The notes beneath the pieces were generated by a model that did not search any database, had not been told where the DNA came from, and saw only the letters and a list, made by a program, of their open reading frames with translations. From NCBI RefSeq assembly GCF_018977255.1, contig NW_024704742.1, forward strand, positions 91,576,001 through 91,640,000: 64,000 nt of DNA, read 5' to 3'. Origin of the DNA: Callorhinchus milii (Eukaryota). Shown piece after piece: positions 1 through 12,900 of this stretch; position 1 is the stretch's first letter; every line of letters begins with the position of its first letter. The position numbers and the translations under genes were made by a program.

Positions 1-46
1 TCGCTTGCAAAGCGAGTGCTCTAACCACTGAGCTACAGGACTCCAC
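1..46 (-). mobile_element. Young tRNA-SINE head (continues off window)
   Basis: rc GTGGAGTCCTGTAGCTCAGTGGTTAGAGCACTCGCTTTGCAAGCGA. Confidence 0.85.
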
Positions 47-987
47 TTTATATCTGTGTCCCAATTCCTAATAAAATTATTTTAAAAGAAAATAAACTGG
101 GCCATTAAACTAACAGGAGAAAGAATCCTACTTTCCTCTTCCCAGTGAGTGCCTGTCAGTGCAAATGGATGGGCCAGGATTGGAGATATATTTCTTGTTG
201 GAAAGGAAATGCTTCCTTGCGCAAAATCTCGCAAGAGCTTCCACTGCAAGTTTACTTTAAACTTGAGATTATTAGCCACATACGCCTCCCTACACCAACC
301 CCCACCACCCCCGTACACACACACACAGAACACCAACTATATATAATAATCCTTGCATTTGATATAGTGCTTTTCACGTCTTTTCGACATCTCAAAGTGC
401 TTCATAGAATAGACAGAAAAGTGAATTGACCGTATATTTGTGGGCAACCAATTAATGCAAGAGTTGTGCAGACTATATATATTTTTCACATAAGCAAAAT
501 GAAGAATCACTGATAGGTTCAAGTGCTTGACCCCTTATCACAATACTTATGAGCCACCATTGGAACAGACTGAATATTGGGAGAAATCAGCCACTGGTTA
601 TGGTATCTGTCATCAGAAAGTACAGATAGTACAAATGTTGACTATAAATGACCAAAGTAGATAACAAATCAGCGAGAGAGTGCTTCAAAAAGAATGATCG
701 CACATCAATGATTTAAGACCTTTTTTGAGGTGGGGAGGGAGAAAAGTAATGAAAAGTATCTCAAATGAAAAATCGTGAAATATTAACTAAAAATAAATAT
801 CTTAAAGCACTGCAAAACGATTTCCTATGGAAGAAACAAATTAACCAAATGTTGATGGTTTGCTGGAGATTAGAATCAGAACTAATTACAGTATGTTGAT
901 TTCTAAGAGAAAAAGGACATAACTATCCCATCAGAATCAGGCGAATTATAGGTGTCAGTAAGTGGAGACTAGTTAGTTTGAGTAATA

Positions 988-1529
988 CATAAACTCCTGA
1001 TAACAAGACCCTGGCTTAACTAGTCACTACCACTTAAGTAGCCATGCTGTCAACATCCTGTTCGCTTCCCATGCAAAATGTTAATAAAGGACTCTGGTTT
1101 ACTTGTCACTCCACTTAACACGTACCTAGTTACGTTCTATGAATTCTTGTAGATACTACTTTGGATAACTTGTCCTATAAAATGGTGCCTTGCATTGCAG
1201 AGGTTTCCCGCACTATCTTGTAACTGATGTGGGGCGCACACCAGAAGTTGGGCGCCCATGCTCACATGCATCACAGATGTATCTGGTCTATTGGAGGGTC
1301 CCCCACCCCTTATCCCACCCTGAGTCTGGATAGGGCTGGAGCCCACAGCACAGCCCTCCAATAGACCGCTGCGATGCATCTGAGCATGCGGGTCTACCCT
1401 CTGTTAAGTGCCCGCACCAGTCACCGGATCACCTTGTTTCCTGGCAAGACCTATACCTAACTAGTCACTTCGGATAACTAGCCGCTAAGCTCTTTCCCCT
1501 TGGAGTGACAAGGTATCAGGAGTTTACTG
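988..1529. mobile_element. Tc1/mariner-pogo-like MITE (~540 bp)
   Basis: TA-CA(G)TAAACTCCTGATA ... TATCAGGAGTTTACTG-TA terminal inverted repeats with TA flanks; no transposase ORF. Confidence 0.7.
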
Positions 1530-2202
1530 TACTTAATGCTTAAAACAACACCAGAGTTTGATTTTTTTTACACTTGCTTTGGTGATTGATATGTTCTGTT
1601 CAAATAACTAGTTTTGGCTCTTACTTTTCAAAACAAGTAAGATCTTAAATTGGCAGCAGTGGCTCAACATTTCAGCCTTACTGTTCCAAAATGCTTCACC
1701 ATATAGTGAAAAGAAGGTTCACACTCAAGATCCATTACACAATGAGCACAGTGAGGTCTTGACAACAGCTGCATTGTGTGGAGAGGCACTGAGTACAGAC
1801 TCGGCACTTTTCCACAGGGAGGGAGACTACAACACAAAAAGGAGGAAGGGGTGGTGAATTTTTATGTAAGGGCCAAAGAGAAGGAAGGAAACTGAAAATG
1901 GACACATTTTATACAGAAAACGCAGTTTTTTTTATTAGCGGAGCACTATGAATAATTGTTGCCAGACTTTATAAAACCATATTTATTTATTTCTGATAAA
2001 TGCAAGGTTATAAAACATTTGTTTTAAAATAATTATCTACTAAAACGTATATGTATGTGTGAGATGTGTGTGCCTGTTTTGGGTGGTGCATATTGCAAAA
2101 TCAGTGGTTCAATCATAAATAAAAAAAAATTAATAAATCATTAAAAAANGGATAACTGAAATACTATCAAAATCTTATTGAGTAGGATTTAAAACAACTA
2201 TA

Positions 2203-2563
2203 TGGTGTCCTGTAGCATAGTGATTAGAACACTCGCCTCTCAAGCGACAGGAGCTGGGTTTGATTCCTAGGTAGGGGAAGTTTCCTTGGTCCACACGCCT
2301 CGGTTTATTCAGCAGTAAGTTGGAACCCGGTTGTTAGTCAATTGGCGGATCGCTTTTCCGGGGATAATAATCCATTAAAAAAAATCATAATTTAGTCACT
2401 CAATCCACGACTGTTTATGGGACACTGCTGTATGCAATTGCCTGCTATGTTTCGCCCACAAAATATACCATCAATTCACTTTAGAGTATACTCTGTGAAG
2501 CGCTTTGAGATGTCTCAAAGATGTGATAAGGCGCTATATCAAATGCAAGGATTATTATTATTA
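2203..2563 (+). mobile_element. tRNA-derived SINE, long subfamily
   Basis: tRNA-like head, AGCAGTAAG...GGAACC insert, shared 3' body, (TTA)n tail. Confidence 0.85.
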
Positions 2564-3848
2564 ACTAGAATGACATCTGTTAAGGTCCTCAGCTGCACAA
2601 GGATTTCTATTTGAATATAATTATAGAGCCATGTAATGCTGCATTATTGTTTTCAATCTCATATTCTTCTAGCTCCTTCTTTTAATTAGCATCACTCCTA
2701 CGCCAAGGTCTCAAGAGATATCAAATAATCTAAAATTTTGCAAACAGAGTTAAAGCAAGTTGGAACAGAAAGTTTGTACTGAACAACCTTTACTTTTCCT
2801 CTCTAATCAGATTGAAACACTCAAATTTTTGATGTTCTCAGATAGAGACCAGAATGAAGGTAGATAGAGACCAGTAGAAGGTTGCCACTTGGCTACCAAC
2901 TAAAGAAAAAGGAACTAAAAAGAAAGTAAATAAAGGATCTGTATCATTCCATTTCATGTTCAATAACAAACTTTCTCAAATGCTCTTTATTCTCTAAGCT
3001 CTGGTAAAGCAAGAGGCAGGAAGAGGATACAGTCCAGTTCCTTCTGATATGATGTTAGAGGTCAGAACACTTCAGATTGTGTACTCCTTGGAATGTATTA
3101 TCTTGAAAGAACCTCTGAATTATCTTGTGGAAAAGTGCCAGAATATAAACTTTGTTTACCCATTTCAACTTCCTTCTTTTCAGTACAAAAATATCACTTT
3201 TTTTAAATCGATGTAAGACTTTAAGCAGAAGGAAATATCCAATGACAATTCAAGAACATTCCTAAAGCGATAGGCTTAAATATTTAGAAAACATTTCTTC
3301 AAAATTCTTGATTTTATCTTTTTCAATAGTAATGGATTTGAAATCAAAACATGCTGATGTATTACTCATTAGAATAGTGTAAAATTCAACATATCCTTGA
3401 GAGAAGGACATATTTGTCATTATGCATTTAGAATATTATGATACTGTATGTATAAAAATTAGGTACTGGGCTACTGTAATGTTAACAGATTACTAGGGTT
3501 GGGCTCAAGGAGGAAATCCTGAACAACAATGCAAGTGTCAGTGGAGTCACCAAGTGTTCATTGGAACTACACCCATTGCGAAGGAGAAGTTGAATTCACA
3601 GATATCAGAATGTTATAACTGTTTGTTCAGTTTTTTCAACAGTCTTGTAACCATCGTTTGTCCAAGTAACGTCAGATTAGTATTGATTGACTGAATGCAA
3701 AGGGCTGAAGTTCTGCAAAATCTATTGCCAAGGCAACAATTAAAAGGTAGTATGTTCGATACACTTTAAACCCTAATTTTATTAAGATAAAATCACAGGT
3801 AAATCTAATAAGACACAGAAATAGAGCAAGTATTTGATTACGTCTTAC

Positions 3849-3975
3849 CATCAGTCAAACTCTTGGCAGTGTTCTGAGATTTCTGCATTTCAGTCTCCTT
3901 GAAATTTAGGTCCTCTTGCATTGACTTTAGCTCATTTGCAGTTATTGAGGAGATCTGTTTCATTCGGTTCATATT
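3849..3975 (-). CDS. IFT74: IFT74 coding exon 15 (last one in window)
   Basis: 127 nt, [42 protein letters not shown]; donor GTAAGA. Confidence 0.95.
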
Positions 3976-6900
3976 CTGAATTACAGAACCATGGGAACAC
4001 ATTACATGTAGCTAAAACATACTAACCTTTTGTTCAAACGACAAGTCATTAGTGCGTGATACAATTAGTTTCTTCACACAAAATCACAAAAGCTGTTCTT
4101 GTGAGGACAAGAAAGGAGAGCTATAACAAAAGATAATATTTATACAGATAGGAAAGTTAAGTTGATATTGCAGACAGGGATTTAGAAACCCAAATTGTTA
4201 CACAACCCACCTGACCCTTCAGTGACCCATTTTGTTCTTTTAGGCAATTTACAGTGGTACTGGAAATCCCAGTTGCTTTAGTAATCATTTCAAGTTTGTT
4301 ATTTCAGAGAGTTTAAAAAAAATAATTTATGCTTAAGAATTGAATAGCAGCCGTTTTATAACTTTTACTGTTCTCATAAAAATGTTTACTGGTCAGTCTG
4401 GTAATGAAAGGCAGAGTATCAAATTCCCAACTGTAGTATTCCATCCAAAAAAATCTGGTACTATTCCAATAGTTGTGCAGTCAGTGTGGCACTGGATTTT
4501 TGCGGGGTGAGGGGGGGAGAGAGGGAGAAGTATCTTGCACGAATTACCATCTATAGAAAATACAAAATACCTAAAATACATTTGCCTACAAAATACACAG
4601 TCAATACACCTTACAGTATATGGTGTAAAACTCTTAGAGACGCCCTGATGTAAAAAGTACTAGATCTAGCTCTCTGATCTGACAACCTACTTGACTACCT
4701 GCCCCTTCTCTCAACTGACACTGGACTTCTACATGTCCCTCTTCCCCTCCTCTCTTCTATCGAAGGCCGAGCTTTCACCCACTACACCATCAAACTCTAG
4801 CATTCTCTGCCTCAATCCCTGTTTTACCCCTTCTTTACCCATCTTCAGATTGCATCTGAAGACCGTCCCCTTTGACTAAGTCCACGGTCACCCCCCTTCT
4901 CCTTGCTTGATGTTGAGCTCCATCACTGAAAAGCACTCTGGGTCGCTACCCATGTGAAGGGTGCTATATAAATTCAAATTATTGCTGTTAAATTTAAGCA
5001 TTTTATTATAAAGATTATTATAAAGAAAATTCACATCTGAGCATGGATATGCACCAAGATATAACTTGAGAATGGTTTCATGAAGTATATAATAAACAAT
5101 TGGGCAGTTTCATATAAAATAATAAATATTATATGAAAATGCCCAATTAGTTTATACTAGATATAGAACGTGCAGTAGTGTACTGAATATTTTCCATTCA
5201 AGTTTTCAATTTAGACTTACTCTACTCATGTGCTCCAGGAGTGCTACAATGCTAGCCTCAAGCTGCACCTTCCGTTCAAACTCTTGGGTTTTGGTTTCTT
5301 CATAAGTATCCAGGAATGCTACAAATTAATAAATAAGAATTAAGGCAGTATTCTGAATCTCTTCCAGGCCATGCAGTATCCTTTGTCAGGAGAGCCTGGA
5401 CATCTGTTTCCAGGTGTCCATCCCTGCTGTATTATACCATCTGGTGGTGTCAAGCTTATGGACCAGGCAGGTTCGAATCCCGGTCTGTGCCGAATTTGCT
5501 AGTCTCATATGGAGCTGCGTAGGAAGGCTAAATTGGCCCTGACCAATCAGGGTGCTGTCCCTCTACCGCACCCTCTATTGGTTGTACATGTATGTGGCTG
5601 GGTGGGGAGAGATCAGGCTCTGCTGTCGAATGGCCTATTGACACTCATTGTCAAGGCTCATAGATAAACAATGGCCACTTGGGTAGGGTATCGGAAAGCA
5701 ACCAGCACCTATGGAACTGTATTATGAACCTACAAGAAAGAGCACAAATTCTGGAAGTCTGAAATAAAAACAAAAAAACTGAAAATACAAAGTAAATCAA
5801 ATGAAATTCTATACAGATAAATGCAAGTTATTGCATGTATGATGTCAAAATAGGCAGCATACCTACTTCAAGGATAGGATAGAAGTTGCCAAGGAGGAAG
5901 CTGAAGGAGATCCAGAGGTGTTGACTCACTGCTCACCGTGCTAAATCAGTGTGATGTACAATAAACAAGGCAAACAGGATGCCAGTCTATATTATAATAA
6001 TCAAATATATCAAATCCTTATCAAATGTAAGGATTACTATTATTATTGTTAAATCAGTTGAGTTCAGATGCTCAGAAGTCAAACTCCAGCTATATAGTGC
6101 TCTGGTCAGGCTGCACCGGGAGGACTGCATACAGTTCTGGTTATTGAGCCATAAGGGAGTTGCGCAGAGCTTAGATGCAGTGCAGAAGAGGGATGATCCC
6201 CAGTAATGCAGGAATGAGTTATGAGCAATATTAGACAGATAGGGCTCTTCAGCCTTGAAAATAGATATCTCAGAGGGGACCTTATATAGAAGCATATAAG
6301 ATTTGAAGAGGAATTGAAAAAGTTAACTTGAAACAATATTTTTGGATATGTCAGGCCAGCAGTACAAGAGTGTACAGATTTAGGGCACATTTTCTGGACA
6401 AATATCAGGAAGTATTTCTTCACACAGAGGGTAATTAATGACTGGAATGGGTTACCAGGAAGGGTGGTTGAGGCTAGGATGCTGTCTCATAAGATACAGC
6501 TTGGCTTCATAATGGGAGGATGGTAGCTTGGGGACTCTGGAAGTATGAGATCAAATGGACTGAAGGGCCTTCATTATATAAACCTCTCCAGTAATAATTA
6601 TGGTCACACTTCTGATTGATTTGTTCTGTCAGAGATTGTTTCTATTTCATATTTCCAGCATTTGTCTGATCTTTAAATACAGGTGTTTAATAGCTAAACT
6701 TCCTGTGTAAGGTGACGTCAGTGCCTTGGGACGTCCTCCTGTCGTGCAAGGGGCTATACAAATGTAATTTTGTAATGTATGATCACTATTCGCAGATGCA
6801 CAAATGGAACAAGTTAAAGTTAAGAGTCCACATTTTCAAAAGGAAATCATTGTCTGACAGCACTGCAGCATAAGTACCTCTCCCTGGTTTCTAGTACAGT

Positions 6901-9900
6901 CTAGGGAATAGAAACAAAACAAGATATTCGCAGCAAATGTTTCAAATCTTTTGTGACTACACTTACTTAAAATACCTTCATATTTAAGAGGAGGGTGGGG
7001 TCTGTGAAAGGAAATATTAGGCTGTGTTGCCTCTACTATTTTATGCATATCCAAACAGATCAACAATGCCTGTGTGTTTTTCCAAAAAGAACAGGAATTA
7101 TGGAATTTCATGAACAGGCTAAAAGCTTCTTAATTTTTAAATGGCCATCCCTTCAATTGAGTGTGGACCATATTAATTAATATGCAAACCTAAACCAAGT
7201 ACACAATAATTATATTCTGTCGGTGGAACTTATATTAGAAAACATTGCTGGTAATTTAATTGCAGAAAATGAGAAAATTCTTATTAGTTTGAATGCCTAG
7301 GCTTCCTGATCATTTGTTGCCTGAGGAATAGTTTTCAATCACATGGAAGAGAAACATGGTCTCTTGGTCAAGAACAAGGATCTTTGCAGTTCGGCTATAG
7401 TAATAAAGGATTTCATTGATATGGATTTGAAAGGGCTAAAATACTTCGTTTTATTCCATTTCTGCTCAAGTGTTCAATTTCAATTAATCATTTCTGTCTG
7501 CATGCATAAGCCAACATGGCTTGGATTTCAAAAAAGTAAATAAGACAATTTAATTTTTACACAGGATATAATTAATTACAAAATGTTAAAAAGGTTTCCT
7601 AGGCTTAAGGTTTTAAAATACCAACTATGTTAACATCTGAGGTCATTTTATACATCTACTGCTAATCCACCTTGACAGCGCTACTGCAAAATCTGTTTAC
7701 TCATTGCACCTTCTTGGAGATTTATGTCCCTGAGATATTGGGAGTGTAAATCAGCTGGATTTTTACAATATCAGTTTTCAGGCTGAGGTACAACTACACA
7801 TCCAGAAACTCACCATCCATGGTTTCTTCCCTCTTTTTCAGTTCTTTGTACTTCTGATTTCGTTCTCCTAAAATAAAAAGCATTTTCTTTATAGCTCAAT
7901 GACAGACAAAAACTACAAACCCTTTAATGTGATTCTTCTATTGATCTATTTTTTCAGCAATCAGTTCCAGTGTAACACAAATAAAAAGGTAATAAAAGAA
8001 TTCAGTCAAATCAAATGACAATTATTTTAACACATCGGAGGGAAATTTGCAGTCAATATGGCATTTCTCACACTGAATGGACCAAAAGCAGAACTCTGAT
8101 GCCCTTCTAAATGTGAAATCAAAGAAGCCAATTACATACCATTGGACCTGTGGCCCACAAATCAGTCGCTGACTGCTGGATAGTGGAACACCAGCATTTT
8201 GAATAACATTTATCACGCTGACTACGAATTTCACCATAATATCTTACACTTCCCCAAGTAAATTTCAATAACACCTTCTGCATTATTATTGGTGCCACGT
8301 GATTTAGCTCCAAGTGCTTCATGTCAGAAAGAAAAAAAGAAAGAAAATAAACTAAATAGATGGAGGGTGAACTACATTTAGAGGATGAGAAAGATCATAC
8401 TGATCATATTTAACTTAAACATTCTCAATTCATATGTACAAAGTAATTTACTAAAGTCATGTTTTACTGGAAAGAAATGTTATAACTTTGTTTTAAGGGT
8501 ATTGTGAAGCTGGGATGAAGAAAATGTCTTAAAAAATTTTTTCGGGTGGGGGTGAGGCGTGCTTGAATATCTTGGTTTGTATGCAGAGTGTGAACAAATG
8601 AGTCAGGATTTTTAAAAATATTGTTGTAAAAATCAATCTGCTATGGAAAAACCTTACTAAAACATGATTATATTATACTGCATACACAAACAGAATCTCA
8701 ATGGCAACCAGGACAATTTACAATTTACCCACCTCAAGCCCGTGCCTTCGATCTCACTGCTTCCCCGCTGCCCTCCCCACTCCTCCACCCCGACCCTCAG
8801 CTCGGGTCCGTAACTGTCTGTCCAACGCCTTGGGATGTCCTCCCGACATGAAAGGCACTATACAAATGTAATTTTGTTGTTGTTGTTATCCAATCACCTT
8901 TACCAAGTAAAGCACCGAAAATGGAGAATTATTGTTTCTCAGCAGCCATTCCCTTTTGCTGGCATGATAGCACTATTCTCCAGACCAGAATTCATTCAGA
9001 TTATTGTCTTTTACAATTCTTACTAAGCAACTAGTTACGGCACATGGCTGTTCTTTTGAAAAATATGGATTGCAAACATAGTAAGTGGAGTATTAGGCTA
9101 GACCGGGAGGTCAGTTCTTACCTTCTGTGATTTTCCCAACGAAAATAAGTCAATACAAAAAGGCAAGAGAAAAATGTAAGACAGGTGAAAGGAAACAAAG
9201 CTGAGAACTGGCAACAGGAGGCATCAATACAAGTAAATCAGTGACTCAATTTTGAAGGTCAAGGAAGAAAAACTTGTAATGCTCCTTTAATTAGAAAACA
9301 AGTTCAATTAATTATTGTCTTGTGAATTCTAAATTGGTCAAAAACATAAATTAAACACAATAAAAGCAGAATGCATTATTTCAAGAGCCTGAATGCCTCA
9401 TTATGAAATACAAATATAAGGAGTCCATGGGTGGAATTGCTAATCCTTACAAAATTCTATCAGGGAAATCAATTTTCTCAGGACCAGAGGAGAGGCTGAG
9501 ACTGTAAAATAGGTTCAATGATTGGTAACCAATGAAGACTTTACTGCAATTCTGCATGGCAATGCACAATGCTCCCAGTCATTGTGTACTTAAGGGAATC
9601 ATTTTACAATTGCTTTCCACTTCTACCTAATTGCCTTTTCAGATCATTTTCATCATTAAGATAGATCCTAAGAAGTCCTTATGTCTTGAAGAATCAAGAT
9701 TCAAAATTTGTGAAAATGGGATTACCTTTCGGGATGAGCTAATCAAGCACTTCTGCCATGTAACAACAGCACATCAGAATTGCATAAGCATTCTAAATGA
9801 GTTTCCGGGCCATAAACAAAACCCACCTTGATGCTCCTCCAAATCCAAGTCAAGATGTCGAATCTCCTCAGTTACCTGGTTGATTTTCTCTCTCATTTCA

Positions 9901-12900
9901 GTCAATCTATAATATAAATCCACCATTTCTGCTTTAGACTAAAGATATACTCTTCATTATCAAGAATAGTCCTAAACATTGACACGGATGAATGACAAAA
10001 CTCATTATCATCAAGGGTGTTTTCTTACTGTCTTTCCATACTTGCTATTTCCTGGTTATCTTCTTTAACCTGTTAAAAAACAAGAGGTAAAATAGCTGAA
10101 GCATTTCAGTTTTACTGTGCAATCCATGGATGCACACGCCATTTCACTAAGCCAGTCCGGAATCTTGGGGTCTCGTTTGACCCTCAACTATCCTTTCTAC
10201 CCCACATCTGTGCCATGACCCGCTCTGCCTTCCCCCACCTCCGCAACATCACCCGGCTCTGTCTCATACCACAGGCCGCCGAAACCCTCATACTTACTTT
10301 CATTACATCGAGGCTCGACTATGCAAACTCATTGCTTGTCGGCCTCCCCAACTCCTCCCTCCACAGGCTGCAGATCATCCAGAACTCTGCAGCCTGTGTC
10401 CTCTTCTGCACCAGGCTCCGTGACCCTATCACCCCCATCCTTGCCCAACTCCACTGGCTTCCCATCACACAGTGGATATAGTTCAAGATCCTGGTCCTCA
10501 CCTTCAAAGCCCTCCACAGTCTTGCTCTTCCCTACCTCTACGACCTCCTAACCCCCTACCATCCTGTTTGCTCCATCCGCTCAGCGGGCTCTGGCCTGGT
10601 TCACGTCCCCCACCTTGCTCGCCCCATTATTGGCAGGTGGGCCCTGCCCCACTCTGCCATTTAGCCCCTCCCCCTCTCCTTATATATACATACATTATAT
10701 ACATATAATCTTTACTAATAAAGACATAATGTCTGTCTCTGTGTCAATCTACTTTCCATATTGGATGCTTTGGTTGCAAGTGAAGTTGCAATGGGTGGGT
10801 ACAGCTAGTTTATAACAAGCAAACTCAAATCTCAGTATAAATAGAAACAACAGTTGGAAAGAAATCTATCACAACTTGCACAAGTATAAAGGACTTGATG
10901 TTGTAATAAACTGTGTATGAGCTTGTGTTGTGCAAAGAAATTATATGACTACTCAAAATGTATATTGTGATGAATTACAGTAGTTACCCACTACTGTGTA
11001 AGCCAACTTGGACTCACTCTCAAGATAGAACAATTTATGAGGCCAATGTAAGGATTCTTAATATGAAATTATTTTTAACACTCATATATATTTTATCATA
11101 TCTTCACCTGCTTTAGTAGTCGTTCTCTCTCTTCCTGTGGAGAGCCCATACTTTTATCCTCTGAGATGATCTGATCACGATGAGATTCCAATTCATTGAG
11201 CTTTTCATACAGTACCACGGCTTCTTGCTTTACCTGGGAGTGAGCTATATCCTTCAACAATGGAACATAATTTGGATTTTATGCAACATGTCACATTAAT
11301 CCAAACACATAATCAAATGACTTAAGGTGGATAGGTCTTAAGGTGGATTGTCAAGGTGGAGAGTGAGGGGGCAAGGCAGAGGGATTCAAGGATGGAATTC
11401 CAGAGAATGGAAGCAGTTTGTCTGAAAGATCACCCACCAATGCTGGAGCAGAGATTGTGGGGAATGTGAAGTAGGCCAGTGATGGCTGAGCATAGAGAAT
11501 GACAAGGGCAGTAGGATCGTAAGAGGTTGCAGAGGTAGGGTGGGGCGAAGCCATGCAGACATTTAAAAGTTAGGACAAGATAATTGAGACAATGCAGTAA
11601 AAATTTAAATGAATGATTTGCTTTTGAACCTCTCCTTTTACTCCCTCATCACAATCTTGAATTCATGCTCTCCTATATATATAAACATGTATACATATAT
11701 AAATAATTAAATCTCAGAATTACTGGCCCACCATACAAACATTTCACATTTGTTTTCATTGAAACTCACTAATATTATGGCATTTTAGGTCTCTTGCTGT
11801 TTATAACAAATATTTTACTAGATTTTCAATTTGATTTACTGACAGTATCTAAGAATTCTGCCAATATAAAATACTATTGTCTTTGCATATGAAAGAATAC
11901 TTTCAATGCAAAGCCCTTCACCACATATCACACCACTTCATTAATTTTCCTCCTCCAACCTCAAGGAGGATATTTTGAGTGAAATTCAGCAAACAGCAAA
12001 TCAGATGATGTTAAAGGTCATGTCTCTACAGATAATTTTCCACATAAGTGGCGATCTCATACTTTACATTCTTAAGTTCTGATTTGGAGGAATCAACAAC
12101 TTAAAAATGGAATAAGTGCTAGGCAGTGCTGTGTAGTTGACGCGTATTGGATTTCCAAATCACGAATTTACATATCCAGGGCCAAAGAGCATACAATCAT
12201 TCACAGATCAAATATCAATGGCAGATGCTGTTTCTTGTTCTGGAGCTGGATGAAAGCAATTAACTATAAGATTTCTAACAGGTAGTAGAGATTAGGAGGC
12301 TTGAGTGCTTTGCATGAAAAATAATATACTGAAAGCTACAGATCCCTGTAATCCAAGTTTCCATAAGCACAAATTCAAAGCAGGGCTCCTAAATTTTATA
12401 GAAATTATGCAGCTGGTTAACCAGATATTCAGATTTATTATTTCTTCAGGGCTAGTTGCAGTTTAGTCATCATTCTGTTAACTTGTTAGAAAGAATTGCT
12501 GACATAGATGACAAACACTTTTCTGTTTCCAGTTATTCAAAGAAAATTGCAAATGTAACCCTTTTCCAGCTAGTGAATAAATACGAAGATAGAAATGTAA
12601 ACAATGGTTACAACTCTTACAGTCTCCAAAGCTTCCTTCTTTGTGTTCAGCCCATCTAATTCTTGCTGCCGAGCATCCAGCTCCTGAAAATGAAATATAA
12701 AAGGAAAGATTCAACATGCTCTTTAAATAACTTCATCAATATAAAAACAATACTGCAGAGATATTTATAGATTTTGCAAAACCCTTTCAGTTCTGTGGTT
12801 ATATTTCAGAATCAAAATAAAATACTATTCTGCAGTTTTTTATATATAGCTGCAATTTTACATTGAAAGCCACAGAAAACTTAATCAGTTAACATTCCAT

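Noticed and set aside
2149..2149. Single N base
   Set aside because: Assembly ambiguity after an A-run; no biological inference possible
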